DNA from: Octopus vulgaris
Taxonomy: Eukaryota
Reading direction: 5' to 3'
Assembly: GCA_951406725.2 (NCBI GenBank)
Contig: OX597814.1
Location: 17,608,001 to 17,672,000 of the forward strand
Length of the DNA stretch: 64,000 nucleotides
Of this stretch, positions 26,298 through 42,957 are shown piece by piece. The notes below the pieces were generated by a model. It did no database searches. It had not been told where the DNA came from and saw nothing but the letters and a program-made list of their open reading frames with translations. The position numbers were made by a program, and so were the translations under genes. How positions within the stretch are numbered: position 1 is the stretch's first letter; each line of letters begins with the position of its first letter.

Positions 26298-26341
<44 letters not shown>

Positions 26342-26823
26342 CATACATACATACATACATACATACATACATACATACATACACGCACACACATTTGTTT
26401 ATGCGTCTGTGTGAGCAACGTGAAGTTTATTTATAACTCAACAAGTGAAAAATATCAAAGCGCAATACTATATAGAATTATAATAGATTTGCATATGTGT
26501 GTGTGTGTCTGTGTCTGTGTATGACTGTGTGTGTGTGTATGTGTGTGTGTGTGTGTGTGTGTACATATAACAAAATCATAAGTATTTGGGTCGATTCTTT
26601 CGACTAAAAATTCTTCTAGGCTGTGCTACAGCATGGCCGTAGCCTAATGGCTGAAACGATTGAAAGATAGAAGATGAAAAGCTACATACACTCACGCACA
26701 CACATTCACACACATACACACACGCACTCACATTATATGCGTATATAACATATATACATGCTTACATTAAATTTATGCATACATAGACATACATGCATGC
26801 ATACATACACATACACACACATG

Positions 26824-26857
<34 letters not shown>

Positions 26858-27595
26858 TACACACATGCATACATACATACATACATACATACATACATAC
26901 ATACATGCATACACACACATACATACATACATACATACATATACACACACATACATACAAACACACATACATACATACATACATACATACATAGTAACAT
27001 ACATACACACATGCATACATACATACATACATACATACATACATACATACATACATACATACATACATACATACATACTTACATGTTTTGAACTACTACA
27101 CGCATACTGGGCGACATAGATTATTTTTTAAAAAGTATTATAGTAACAAACATAGAAACAACAAAATATAACATAATAACAAAAAAGCATAATGTTTCGA
27201 ATATAATTTAAGACGTTGTAGAGCCACCACCACTAGGGGATAATTTTTACGGAAGGTCCGAAGAGAAATAACTAACAGATGTTATTGTCTGATGTCCTGG
27301 CGCAGATGAATTCGAAAGAGACAGATTCGTGTGACGTGACACACACAGCCTTAAACGATAACAAAAACAATATCAGAAACAACTACAAAATGAATAAGAT
27401 GTCATAATGGTTTCTATATTTGCCTCAGGGGCGAAAATAAGGTAAACTTTACAAAGACAACTTTTAGAAGAATATCGCTGTGTGTGTCTTTTCGGAGAAT
27501 TGATAGAAATAATGATAATACAAAGAAAAAAATTGGCTAATAGCTATAGCAATGATGATGATGATGGTGGTGGTGGTGGTGGTGGTGGTGGTGGG

Positions 27596-27780
27596 GATGA
27601 GTCGATTACATCGACCCCCCCAGTGTTCAACTGGTACTTATTTTATCGATCCCCCGAAAGGATGAAAGTAAAGTCGACCTCGGCGGAATTTAAACTCAGA
27701 TAGTAGCAACGGGCGAAATACTGCTAAGCATTCCGTTTAGTGTGCTAACGACTCTGCCAGCTCGCCTCCTTACTCTGCCA

Positions 27781-27836
<56 letters not shown>

Positions 27837-28490
27837 TAATGGTGTTTCGAATTTTTGCCACAAGTGCAGCCATTTTGGGCGAAGGGATGAGTCGATTACA
27901 TCGAACCCCAGTATTTCACAGGTATTTAATTTATCGATCCCCCCCCCCCCCGAAAGCATGGATGAAAGGTAAAGTCGACCTCTGTGGTATTTGAACTCAG
28001 ATCGCAGCGACAGACGAAATACAGTTATGGTACGAAGCTAATAATTTTGAGGGGATTTTGACGGATTTTTTTTTTAGGGGATCGATTACACGAACCCTAG
28101 TATATCTAACTTAGTATTTGTTTTGTTGATGCTGAAAGAATGAAGGGCAAAATGAAGGGCAAAAACTGACCCTAGCCGGCTATGTACTCACAGTGTAAAA
28201 AGCGGGAGAAAAATCTCGCTGACCATTTCGTCCCACGCCCTTAACGGTTCTGCTCAGTTCGTCGCTTTAATAATTCTTTCTACTTATAGGGCACACAAAG
28301 CCTGAAGCTTAGTTCGGGGAAGGAGTTAACAACAGATTATGCCGAGGTACTTGTGTTATCGAACTCCCGAAAGGATGGAAGGGGCAAAATTGACTTCGCC
28401 GACATGGGAACTCAGAATGTAAAAGATCCGGAAGAAAATACAACTGAGCATTTTGTCCCACGCGCCGACGATTCTGCTAACTCAAAGCTT
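27596..28490 (-). mobile_element. Tandem array of ~4 SINE family B copies separated by (AAT)n
   Basis: Variants of TCGATTACA...GAAAGGATGAAAG...GACCTCGGCGGAATTT.AACTCAGA recur near 27596, 27885, 28080 and 28330 with increasing divergence. Confidence 0.8.
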
Positions 28491-29434
28491 TAATAATAAT
28501 CATAAACATGATGATGATGATGATGGTGTTGGTAGTGGTAGTGGTAATGATGATGATGATGATGATGGTGTGTAAGCGTTTGTTTACATTTTAATTAGAC
28601 GCAGGGTTGGGGGACCGTATTTATAACAAACATGTGCTATGGTATAGTATACGATAATGTTCTACGTGTGTGCGACCATTAAGGTTGCTTAACACACGAG
28701 TGTGTGTGTATGTGTGTGCGTTTACGTAATTTCATGTTAAGATTGTGTTTGCGTTTGTGCGTTTATAAGCATGTATGTATGTATGTATGTATGTATGTGT
28801 GTTTATGACCGTCTGTGTGAGGGTGTGTGTGTATGTGAGACTGTGTATGTGTGTGTGTCTGTTTCATTGTTTTTGTGTGTGTCTGCCCGGTGTGTTGGTG
28901 ACCGCGTCTGTTTATGTATGCAGGTGATCAGGCTTTTGTGAAATTTCACAAAGTTACAAGCATAAAGAAAATATGAATTTATTTAGACTAAGAAAGAACA
29001 TGTTCAAATTCTACCCCACCCCATCACACTTTCTGTGTCTCGCACTTTCCCAGGTAGTAATAATGCTTTATTACCCACGAGGGCAGCAATCATATGTATG
29101 TATATATATATATATATACAAGTGTATATACGTATATATATATATATATGTATATATATGTGTGCATACATATGTATATATACATATACATAAAATATGT
29201 GTGTATATGTATATGTATTTATACATATATATGTATGTATTTATATACATACTCATTTGATTTTTGTCAAACGAGTGAGGACAAAACTCCATGTTATAGA
29301 GTATATGGGTTATTTAAACTCAATTCCTTCTTGAAACTTGAGTTTGATGCCACCTTTACGATACACATACACACACACACATATATATATGCATATAGAA
29401 AGATATATATATATATATATAGATAGATAGATAT

Positions 29435-29471
<37 letters not shown>

Positions 29472-29472
29472 C

Positions 29473-29529
<57 letters not shown>

Positions 29530-29535
29530 TACATC

Positions 29536-29570
<35 letters not shown>

Positions 29571-29821
29571 CACATATACATACACACATACACACTCACA
29601 CACACACATATATTTATATGATCACACACATTTATACATACATAGGCATACCCAGTCACACACCTAAAATGTATATATATGTATATATATATATATGTAT
29701 GTATATATTTGTATTTATGTATATATGCGTGTATACATATGCATGTATATACATATGTATATATGTCTATATATGTATATATTCATATGTATATCTAAAT
29801 GTATATATATATATATGTATG

Positions 29822-29855
<34 letters not shown>

Positions 29856-29985
29856 AGAATGAATGTTTTTATATATAATGAACGAGAAATACAGGAAGGG
29901 ACGAACACGGAACACAGACAAATCATTCGAAGCCTTCAATCTTCAGTCAGACACCGAATCATCATAGCAAATTTCGGCTGTTCAA
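29856..29985. repeat. 130-bp dispersed repeat, near-identical to 40910-41040
   Basis: Only two substitutions seen between the copies; both sit in (TA)n. Confidence 0.92.
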
Positions 29986-29991
29986 TTCTGA

Positions 29992-30023
<32 letters not shown>

Positions 30024-30108
30024 CGTATATATGTGTATAAATATATCTATATACATATATATATATGCACACACATACGCATATAGATATATGTATTGAT
30101 GCATATAC

Positions 30109-30146
<38 letters not shown>

Positions 30147-30501
30147 TTAATAGTAGTTTTATTGCATATTACTCAATATTTACAACTAATAGTAAAGTAA
30201 GCCTTGCCGCAAAATTTAAATGGCTACAAATTAAGAACAGTCCTCAACGCGTCTCTGTACAGAGTGTGATTTCTGTCTTTCAAGATTTGCTTCCAAATCG
30301 CAAAATGTTTAATACACAAAGTAGCAATTCTGTTTCTAAAATCATCAAAATTTCTGATGGGATGTGTAAATGCAATTGTTGTGCAAACAGATTTGTAATT
30401 TTCTGGATAAATGAACTTCAGAAGATGTAAAATATTTTGAAAAACACAATACAAAATAAAACAAAGTTGTATAACATAATATACAATAATAGGATATAAT
30501 A

Positions 30502-30542
<41 letters not shown>

Positions 30543-30550
30543 GATACATA

Positions 30551-30626
<76 letters not shown>

Positions 30627-30689
30627 CATATACGCGCACAATTATATATAAAAATTTTAATTGATTGATCTCTATATATATATACATAT

Positions 30690-30731
<42 letters not shown>

Positions 30732-30814
30732 TAGATAGATATAGATATATACTTATGTATATATATATATAGATATATATGTATATATATGTATGTATGT
30801 ATATATATATATGC

Positions 30815-30849
<35 letters not shown>

Positions 30850-30868
30850 TGTATATATATATATGTGC

Positions 30869-30902
<34 letters not shown>

Positions 30903-30999
30903 ATATATATACATATATCTATGTACGTGTGTATACACATATTACATATGTCCCTGGCAGGTACATATATATTAGAAAAATATACATCCTTTATATTTT

Positions 31000-31035
<36 letters not shown>

Positions 31036-31187
31036 GACGAAAGAATGCAGTTCATAAAAGAAAAACAAGCTGATGGATTTACCCGGTATTTCAATGTCTC
31101 AAGTTTAGGACCCACTCCATAAGAAATCTTTGATGAAACGTTGGTGTTAGAGAATTTCTCTGTGTTTGTATGTATATTTCACAGACA

Positions 31188-31245
<58 letters not shown>

Positions 31246-31828
31246 TACATATATATATAATTATATATATACACACACACAAACATACATACATATACAT
31301 GCATATAATAAGATGATACAATCATCCTTATACATATATTTTCATTGCGCACAATATGGCTCAGAAGTATGTATACATCCTCTTACATCTAGTTTGGTGT
31401 GTATATATATATGCGTGAGAGTGTATGTATATATATATATGCATATATTAGATCATAAAGGAGTATCAATCACATTCTTTCTTCATACAATTCTTAACAG
31501 AAAATATAAATGCAGTGATTATACAATCATAATTATTACAAACTTGATCATGTGCTTTGGCATATATTCCTCACCTGGATCAAATCTTGGGCATTGGATT
31601 TCGTCAGGTATCTTTCAATACATAAATAACTATAACTAGTCTAACAATGTCGTTTCAATGTAGATCAGTTTTTATAAATATACAGACACACAAAACTTTA
31701 AAAGATAGATTGATAATCGCTTTATTAATTTTTTATTAGCACATGTTTGGATTCCTAAAATAAATCATCATGCAAGGGCTTTGTTAAAGAGGTATTGCAA
31801 ATGTATGCTTGGTATATCTATATATATC

Positions 31829-31869
<41 letters not shown>

Positions 31870-31875
31870 GATAGA

Positions 31876-32006
<131 letters not shown>

Positions 32007-32024
32007 CAGACAGGTAGATAGATA

Positions 32025-32213
32025 CGAGGGTGTACTGAATAATTCCTGGCTTTGGGTAAAAGAAAATAGATGAAGACTAGATAATTATGATTCACACACT
32101 TATTGCTGTGGTCCTTCAGTTTTTCTAAGCCTTATAAGAGAAGCCGGAAGGTTGGGTTTCCAACATTGCTTTCTCGAAAGCCTTAAAACCAGGAAATTTT
32201 CAACACCCCCTCG
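32025..32213. mobile_element. Mariner-type MITE
   Basis: TA|CGAGGGTGTACTGAATAATTCCTGG ... CCAGGAAATTTTCAACACCCCCTCG; interior homologous to 15135-15348. Confidence 0.78.
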
Positions 32214-32291
32214 TGTATACAAACATACATATATACATATATACATACATGTATATATATGTATGCATGTATGTATGTGTGTGTTTGTGTG

Positions 32292-32332
<41 letters not shown>

Positions 32333-32353
32333 ATATAAATATTCATATATTTA

Positions 32354-32511
32354 CGACGGGCTGCTTTTAGATTCCGTCTACCAAATCCACTCACAAGGCT
32401 TTGGTCGTCCTAATGCGATAGCAGAAGACATTTACCGAAGGTGTCACGCAGTGGGACTGAACCCGGAACCATGATGTTGGTGAGCAAGCTACCTACCACA
32501 CAGCCACTCCG
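32354..32511 (-). mobile_element. SINE family A, left half
   Basis: Consensus match. Confidence 0.85.
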
Positions 32512-32969
32512 GTATATGCATAATGTTTTTACAGGGACATAAGAAATTAGATATTAAGTTTGCGTATCACCATTAGTGTCGTGTTAAGTATTTGTATGAC
32601 TTTTAACTGAAGGGTACATGTTATTAAAGGATGCATGTGTGTGTGTGTGTGTACTGATATTATAATAATAAATGCTGGTAATAATAAAAAACAATAACAA
32701 CAATAATAACAGTAGTAAAATTTCGTTGATGAAGGCTATGATTATATTTGACACAAGGGCATAAAAATACAAAGCATATAAGTACTTTTCTGAAACACAC
32801 CACTGATTGATTTTAAAAACAATTGATGTAGAAAAGAGATAATGAATTTATGCATAGCTTCAAAGAATACTCTTGTGCGTGTGCTCGCACCCAAAAATAT
32901 GTTCGTATACTTATACATACATATAAATATATATATATGTACATATATACACACATATGACATATAAGA

Positions 32970-33002
<33 letters not shown>

Positions 33003-33104
33003 CATACACACATATGACATATATATATATATATATAAAATACGAAATGGGACAAGAACGCAAAACATCCTGACAAATCGGTGATACAAAAAGGGAAAAC
33101 AAAT

Positions 33105-33140
<36 letters not shown>

Positions 33141-33628
33141 CGGCGTACGTACACTTTGTTCTCTAATATGGGTGTATGTGTGTGTGTGTAGACACACGCA
33201 CGCACATTTATGTATACATTACATATATACATTTATATATATACATGCATATTTACATGAATGTATATTGCATGCATTTATATATATTTACACACACGCA
33301 TGTGTTCATTCTGAAAAATTTATGTAATTATATATGTATGTATATATGTATGAATGTATGTAAGTGTGTTTGTATGTATTTGAATGAAGATGGCGGCACA
33401 AAGAAGGGCAACAACAAAAAAAAACCACAAAATGGAAAGCAAAATACACGTATATTTTTTATTCTTTCACGTGTTTCTGTCCTAAGGCTATGGCCATGCT
33501 GTGGCACCACCAGAGAAAATCACCCTTTCAATGACCAACTTTATGTCATTAGCTTCTGATGCAGGAGAGGGTTAAGACACTGCTGCCCTCTTTTGAGTAT
33601 AATGCCTTCATTGCACGTCCATATAATA

Positions 33629-33799
<171 letters not shown>

Positions 33800-34681
33800 T
33801 GAATATATATATTTATATTTATATTTATATAAGTATATATACATGTGTGTGTGTGTGTGTGTGTGTATGCATGTATGTATTCAGATATATAAACACATTC
33901 ATACAAACTACGTTTATAAACTTCACAGACAAACACTAACCTAGATAATATAATATCGTACTTTATCTAAATGAGATATTTAAACAGTTGGAGTGCATAT
34001 ATCTAAATGAATAATAACGCAAATTAAAACTTCGTATTACTGACCTATAATGTCCACAACTAGAAACTTTGTATTTAATTTTTAAGGAACAAGACGTATT
34101 GTGTGTGTGCGTGTGGAATTGTACAAGGTAAACTTTTGTATTTCTAGAACATTGAATTAGAGAATGCATAGAACTTGATAGTAAGCAAGGAACCGTATAT
34201 TCAAATTGGTATGTATATAAGTGTGCGATTGTTTTCCTCTGTGTGTCTGCGTATTTATATTTAATATATATTTATATACATATGATATATATATATGAAT
34301 GTATACACTCGTATCTTATACACTCATATCTATACGCAATAAAAATGCAAACGTTAATATATGAATTAAATTTAATATTCAATTCTACACACAAGCATAT
34401 GTTCGTCTTAATACGTGACACATACATACATACATACATACATACATACATACATACATACATACGAACACGCACGCATATATTCATTTATACATATATA
34501 TATATATATACATGCATGTGTATCTGCACATGTGTACATATACATACATATGATTATATATATACATATAATATATATATTATATATATTATACGTATAT
34601 ATATATTATATATTATATGCATCTATATATATATTATATGTATATATACATATATAATAAATGTATATATATATATAATAA

Positions 34682-34720
<39 letters not shown>

Positions 34721-35085
34721 ATGTATATATATACGTATTATGTATATATTATATGTATATACATAATATATACATATATTATATATATAAATATATGTAT
34801 ATATATATGTTTATATATATATATATATGTATATATATGTATATATATATGTATATGTATATATACATGTGTGTGCATATATATTGTCTATGTGTGCATA
34901 TTGTCTATGTGTGCATATGTATGTATGTATACACATATATAAAAGCACATCCTTGTCTTCTGTGAGTATCAACTACTTGAAATAAAAACTCTAGGCACAT
35001 AACTTAGTTCAACTGAGATAGTATTATGCACACGTGCTCAAGCGTCTTTGTATGCATATACACATATGAATATATTGCATTCAGC

Positions 35086-35342
35086 AGACGGAAACTGAAA
35101 GAAGCCTGTCGTATATAATGAGGGTGTGCATGTGTGCCTGTGTTTGTTCCCCCGCCATTGCTTGCAAACCGATGTTGGTGTGTTTACGCCCCCGTAATTT
35201 AGCGGTTCAGCAAAAGATATGTATATGTATATATATATATCATAAGTAATAGGCTTACAAAGAATAAGTCCTGAGTTCGATTTGTTCGACTAAAAGCGGT
35301 GCCCCAGCATATCCGCAGTCAAATGACTGAAACAAGTAAAAT
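35086..35342 (+). mobile_element. SINE family A, 5'-truncated
   Basis: AGACGGAAACTGAAAGAAGCC through the tail, with a (TA)-rich insert. Confidence 0.85.
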
Positions 35343-35408
35343 AATATATAAACATACATACACAGACACATACATACATACAACTGCGTTTGTGTGTGTG
35401 TGCATGTG

Positions 35409-35462
<54 letters not shown>

Positions 35463-35956
35463 TATATTACATAAATATAAATATATACATATATATATAT
35501 ATACATATATATATATACATATAGAAGATATATATATATATATATACATACGTATACACACATATACTATACATATAAATAGATGGGTCCATACACACAC
35601 ACACACACAAACGCATACACACATATATATTGATTGTTAATACTAATTAATTAACGATAAATCCTAAGATGCATATACAAAAATCATTAAATGAGAATCG
35701 AGAGGATTAAAAGTTTTGAGCCGTTCTCTGTTCATGACATTTAAGGTATTCTGACCACCCCATAGGAAAATGACAGTAAATATTCGATAAGAATTGCTTG
35801 ATATCTGAACCGAAAATTTCTTCATGAGTATGGCTCGGTTGCTTTGGGATCATTTTCTATTTAACTATTTTGGATCAGTTTCTACACTACAGATGAACAA
35901 TAATAAAGATTTTGATGAAAAGACGTAAGGGAGTGAAAGTATTAAGAATATATAAG

Positions 35957-36201
35957 TGGATGTGTGGTAAGTAGCTTGTTTACCAACCACATGGTTCCGG
36001 GTTCAGTCCCACTGCGTGGCACCTTGGTCAAGTGTCTTCTACTATAGCCTCGGGTTGACCAAAGCCTTGTGAGTGGATTTGGTAGATGGAACCTGAAAGA
36101 AACCCGTCGTATATATATATCTATCTATATATATATATATATATATATATACAAGCATAGACATACAAACATAGTCACACACACATACATACATATATGT
36201 G

Positions 36202-36247
<46 letters not shown>

Positions 36248-36304
36248 AACACAGACATGCAAACATAGACACACACACATACATACATATATATGTGTGT
36301 ATAT

Positions 36305-36355
<51 letters not shown>

Positions 36356-36505
36356 TATGTATGTATGTGTATGTGTCTATGTTTGTGTGTCTGCGTTTGT
36401 CCTTTCAACATCGCTTAACAACCGATGCTGGCGTGCTTACTTACGTCCCCGTAACTTAGCGGTTCGGCAAAAGTGATCGATAGAATAAGTACTAGGCTTA
36501 CAAAG
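35957..36505 (+). mobile_element. SINE family A with ~270-bp expanded internal microsatellite
   Basis: Left half ends ~36110, right half starts ~36385. Confidence 0.88.
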
Positions 36506-36777
36506 AGTTTAAAGAGTAAAATAGTTTTAGAGAGAGTAATATATTAATGATGGGAATGATGACAATACACTGGTGATGATATATAATAGACCTGTTTATA
36601 TAATATTCACTGAAATTATGTGTGTGTCTTTACAATACATGCATACCTATATATGTAGATTCAAAAATTGCATAGAAAGGTGACAAAGGACCACACAGAA
36701 AAAGTCCCTAATCAGTTTTCGTCCTTAAATCATAACAATTTCGTGCCATTGATGATTATATATATATATATATATAC

Positions 36778-36894
<117 letters not shown>

Positions 36895-37003
36895 ATACAT
36901 AGATACCAAACTAGACAAATACATTTGTAGACAGAGACAGACCCACACACAAACATACACATACATACACACGGCGTGCACAGGCTCAGGCGCAGACACT
37001 CAT

Positions 37004-37058
<55 letters not shown>

Positions 37059-37224
37059 TGTGTATATGTATAGACATTTACATGTGTGTTTATGTATGTG
37101 TGTAGGTGTTCCTAACACCCTAGTGATATTTAGTGAGAATTATACTGCCCCACTTTAAGTAAACACTGCATACCGCTGTCTTTATTAATACATACATATA
37201 TGTATATATATATATATATGTATT

Positions 37225-37256
<32 letters not shown>

Positions 37257-37627
37257 TGTATGTATGTATGTATGTATGTATGCACGCATGTATGTGTGTA
37301 TGTATACGTACGTAATGCAACAATGCACACACACATACAATACTGTGCTTTTACTACTCAGTGTGTATAAGTGCTAAAGTGTGCAAAAATATGCAAACTG
37401 TAAACTTTGATAAACTGGACGAAATAAAATTTAGCCCGTATACTATATATACCTGGGGTTACTTTGCTTGAGAAGCCTGTCGACTTTTGGAGCATTATTT
37501 GCCCCGACAGTTTGGAAATTATTTTTGTCCCGCCATCGCATCAATAAAATACTATATACATGTAGATATACGCAAATCACACATACACGCGCGCAAACAC
37601 ACACATTCGTATAGACATATATATATT

Positions 37628-38028
37628 ATTTTATTTGTTTCAGTCATTTGACTGCGGCCATCCTGGAGCACCGCCTTTAGGCCAACAAAACGACCCCAGG
37701 ACTTATCTTTTGTAAGCCCAGTACTTATTCTATCGAGCTCTTTTACCGAACCGCTATTGTTGCGGGAACGTAAACACATCAACATTGATTGTCAAGCGAT
37801 GGTGGTGGTGGTGGTGGGGGACAAACACAAACACACAAACATGCACACACACACACACACACATATATATACGACAGGTTTCTTTCATTTTCCGTCTACC
37901 AAATCCACTCACAAAGCTTTGATCGGACCGAGGCTATAGTAGAAGACACTTGCCCAAGGTACCACGCGCGGTGGGACTGAACCCGGAACCATGTGGTTGG
38001 TAAGCGAGTAACTCACCACACAGCCACT

Positions 38029-38030
<2 letters not shown>
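37628..38030 (-). mobile_element. SINE family A, full length
   Basis: Consensus match with internal (TA)/(TG) spacer. Confidence 0.9.
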
Positions 38031-38127
<97 letters not shown>

Positions 38128-38605
38128 GGAACTATGTATCTTTGAATCCTTCTATAGAATGTGAGCGCATGGATGTCCAACTGCCTAGTGATGAAAGATG
38201 CACCATTAGAATTTGTAAGTAGATCACGGTTCTCACAGCCCATAGGTAAATCCTATTCAAACTTTGATCCGCATTCCACTATTCTCCTTGTTTAATTCTC
38301 GTTTATAACGCGCACACACATGCAAACTTACACACAGGCACACACACACATACACATACACATACACACACAATTAAATACAGGTAAATATGCACAGTCA
38401 CACACACACACACATACACACACACACTCTCTCACACACACATACACACACATACAGATACACACACAGACGCATATGGAAATACGCATATAAATGGATA
38501 TGAAAATTTACCTAAATTGTATATAAATATATAAGCGCTTGTGTGTATGTATGCAGGTATAAGTAACACATATACAAACAGGTACATATTCATGAATATA
38601 GATAT

Positions 38606-38654
<49 letters not shown>

Positions 38655-39419
38655 CCTTACCACACAAGAACACGGAGTTTCTACCATTGGCATGTAGCTT
38701 CAACCGTGTTTTCTGACGTGAATTTGCTACCCAGGTATCGGTTAACCGAATTATCAATACTAGGATAATTCATTCACCTACTTAAATATATATATATATA
38801 TATGTGTCTGTGTGTATGTGTGTATGTGTGTACAATATATATATGCAATATATATATATATCCCTACAGAGAGACGTATAAAGGTGTATTCATTTTTTTT
38901 ATTTTCAACTTTGTAATTGGAATTTCGGTTAATGTTACACCTGTAATAGTCACGTATTCCAGGTTAGTGTTTACTGAGTTGAAAGCTTGGTAGACTTGCT
39001 ATGCCCTTAATCCACCCACCCCTCACAATTTACTACCATTTTACTTCACATTACCTTATCTACTTACATATTAAACTAAAATCAAGGTTTGTTCTTTATA
39101 ACATGCCTGCAGTATGTTTACTTATGATAATATTACATATAAACCTTTCCGTGTTTTTCTGTTCCCCCTGTGTATGTGGCCAATGAAATTAAGAATTAAC
39201 AAGACCTTAAATACAATAGAATATGCCTACATATACCTACGTACATATGTATGTATGTGAGTAGATATATGAGTACACACATCGTCATATGTACCTCTTA
39301 ACTGTGTATATATATATATATATATATGAATGAGAGTGAATATTTATACACAGTGGAACAAACTGACAGATATACAGATAGGTAGACTGACAGACAGATA
39401 GACAGATAGATGATCGATT

Positions 39420-39495
<76 letters not shown>

Positions 39496-39680
39496 CTAGC
39501 CTGCTTTGTTCATGGTATCCGTTTATCAATTTTCGCACTTAATTATTGCTTTAAACTATAACTATCGTAGAAAGGTTTACCCCAAACGGTCCGAATTGTG
39601 ATGCACATACAAACATTCATACATACATATAAACATACATTCATACATACATACATACATACATACATACATACATACAG

Positions 39681-39832
39681 GGCGCAGGAGTGGCTGTGTG
39701 ATAACTAGCTTGCTTACCAACCACATGGTTCCGAGTTCAGTCCCACTGCGTGGCACCTTGGGCATGTATCTTCTTCTATAGCCTCAGGCCTTGTGAGTGG
39801 ATTTTGTAGACGGAAACTGAAAGAAGCCCGTC

Positions 39833-39869
<37 letters not shown>

Positions 39870-40108
39870 CATGTATGTGTGTGTATATGTTTGTGTGCCT
39901 CTGTTTGCCCCCCCCCCACACACACACACACACAATCGCTTGACAAACGATGCTGGTGCGTTTGCGTCCCCGTAATTTAGCGGTTAGGCAAAAGAGCCTA
40001 ATAGAATAAGTACTAGGTTTACAAAGAATAAGTCCTGGGGTCGAGTTGCTCAACTAAAGGCGGTGCTCCAGCATGGCCGCAGTCAAATGAATGAAACAAA
40101 TAAAAGAG
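39681..40108 (+). mobile_element. SINE family A, full length
   Basis: Consensus match with internal (TA)n/(TG)n/(CA)n spacer. Confidence 0.92.
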
Positions 40109-40258
40109 CATAGGAATGCACACACACACATTTATATCTATACATGTATGAAATGTGAGTGTATACGCATCGATATATATATATATATATAAACTTACAT
40201 GAACTTAGATATGTTTCAACCAAAGATTGCTCCAGGCGATGTCTAACTTAATAGCACC

Positions 40259-40310
<52 letters not shown>

Positions 40311-40602
40311 GCATATATTTATGTGTGTGTGTAAATATATATACATACCCAAGCATATATATCGCATATATAAGAATGCCCACCTTTATAGATATTTACA
40401 ACCACACGCGCACACAAACACACACGCGCGCACGCACACAAACACACACATATACATACATACATTCTTGCATACATGTTTTCTTATATACATACATAAC
40501 GTGTTATTAGATAGATTGTTATGTTATATCTGGTGAACTTTAAGATGTATGTGCATATAAACAAGGAAACAGTTCTGCGTGTATGTACGTGTGTATGCAT
40601 GT

Positions 40603-40681
<79 letters not shown>

Positions 40682-40685
40682 TTTG

Positions 40686-40790
40686 TTATTAATATTTAGC
40701 AGAGTAAATTAAGGTGCGAGAGTTTCGTGTGCCAATGCACGAAACTCACGGACCTGGAATCACTCCGTTACTTCTGTTAAATATTAATAA
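40686..40790. repeat. 105-bp foldback element
   Basis: Outer arms TTATTAATATTTAGCAGAGTAA / TTACTTCTGTTAAATATTAATAA; inner perfect 10-bp stem GAGTTTCGTG (40720-40729) / CACGAAACTC (40738-40747). Confidence 0.8.
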
Positions 40791-40909
40791 TATATATATA
40801 TATATATACATATATACACACACATATATATATGTATATATATGTAATTATATATATAAGGTTAATCCAAACGGGAAAACAGAAAAAACAACAATATATA
40901 TATATATAT

Positions 40910-41040
40910 AAGAATAAATGTTTTTATATATAATGAACGTGAAATACAGGAAGGGACGAACACGGAACACAGACAAATCATTCGAAGCCTTCAATCTTCA
41001 GTCAGACACCGAATCATCATAGCAAATTTCGGCTGTTCAA
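40910..41040. repeat. Second copy of the 130-bp dispersed repeat
   Basis: See 29856-29985. Confidence 0.92.
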
Positions 41041-41059
41041 TATATATATATATATATAT

Positions 41060-41121
<62 letters not shown>

Positions 41122-41614
41122 TCTTATTTTGAATCTATTTTTCCTGTTTGCACCAACACACACACACACGTGTGTGTGTACTTTTATTCTAGTTCTTCAA
41201 CATCGGTATCTGCATGGTATTACGATCATCATCATCATCTCCATCGTCATCTCTACCGTCACCACCACCATCATCATCATCATCACCGAATCGTTTATCT
41301 TCATCTTGTTCTTTCGTTTTTTAATAATCCTCACCCCCAACATAACTGCTCCACGGTGGGCCATATTCTCACGCATATAGTATACTCTCATACGCAAACA
41401 GTCATACACTCATATATACACAATTTTATGCATGTACTCACATCCAGAAAGCTACATTCATATATCAAGTAACACAAGCACACAAACACAAATCGGTCCT
41501 GTAATCACAGCAATAGACATACACATATATACATGCATACATACATATAGACAGACAGACTGTTATATATATATACACATATATACAAATTTACACCTAT
41601 GTATATGTACGTAT

Positions 41615-41657
<43 letters not shown>

Positions 41658-41751
41658 TCCCTAAATATATAATATACATATATATAGATACATTTACATT
41701 ACATATCTATATACTTATATATAATCATTTCAAATGTTCGTCACAAGCGCA

Positions 41752-41915
41752 GGATGAGTCGATTACATCGACCCCTCTGTTCAACTGGTACCTATTTTAT
41801 CAACACCGAAAGGATGAAACGGTGAAGTCGACCCCGGCGTAATTTGAACGCAGCGACGGGCGAAATAACTCTAAGAATTTCGTCCAGCGTGCTAACGATT
41901 CTGCCAGCTCGCCTT
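41752..41915 (-). mobile_element. SINE family B, tail missing
   Basis: Consensus match. Confidence 0.85.
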
Positions 41916-41926
41916 ATATACATACA

Positions 41927-42055
<129 letters not shown>

Positions 42056-42166
42056 ATGTGTGTTTGTGTACACATATATGTTTAAAGAGACAAAATGATT
42101 GATAGACAGATAGACGGACAGTTAGATTGGTAATTAGACAAATATATATATATGCACTCACACAAT

Positions 42167-42209
<43 letters not shown>

Positions 42210-42805
42210 GTACACATACACACACGCGCACGCGCACATTTCTCTTTATATATATATTTTCATGTATATTGCATCCAGTAATTTGCACTATGTTCAGATC
42301 ATCGTAACTGATCATAAAATATATATGAATAAACCAAAGTCTTTAACATTCTTTATAACTTCCCGTGCCATGCTTACATAACCCGCGGCAAAATATATAT
42401 ATAATCCTCGTACAGCCTTGGGGTGATATCGAATCTATATTCTTCTTAAATCAACTTACTACGATTTCGTGTCATATTGGACTCCTATAATATACTTTGT
42501 TTTCCATTTAATTTTTTTGTATAAACTCTTTTTTTTATTTTGGCTTTATTGTTATATATTTTTTCTTATGGATTTTCTTTTGTTTTACATAACATCTTTA
42601 TTTTTTTTGTTTCGTATATTCTTTTTTATTTTTGCACTTGTACAACTACGAGTGTGTGTGAGAATTTCTCTGTTTGTGAATTTCTGTGTGTGTGTGTGTG
42701 TGTGTGTCTGTGTAAATATGTGTGCGTTATGTTTGTCTCCTCGTGGAGGGTTGAAATTAAAGAACATATATCGCCATATCTCCACATCGATGTATATACA
42801 TATAC

Positions 42806-42859
<54 letters not shown>

Positions 42860-42919
42860 TTCCCCAGCATGAACGCAGCTTTCAAGTTGAAACTAGTTCA
42901 AGAGTTAATAAATATATTC

Positions 42920-42957
<38 letters not shown>

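Noticed and set aside
30224-30430. Cys-containing ORF end ([10 protein letters not shown]) as Lhx1/5 exon 2
   Set aside because: No LIM spacing or similarity to LIM2.
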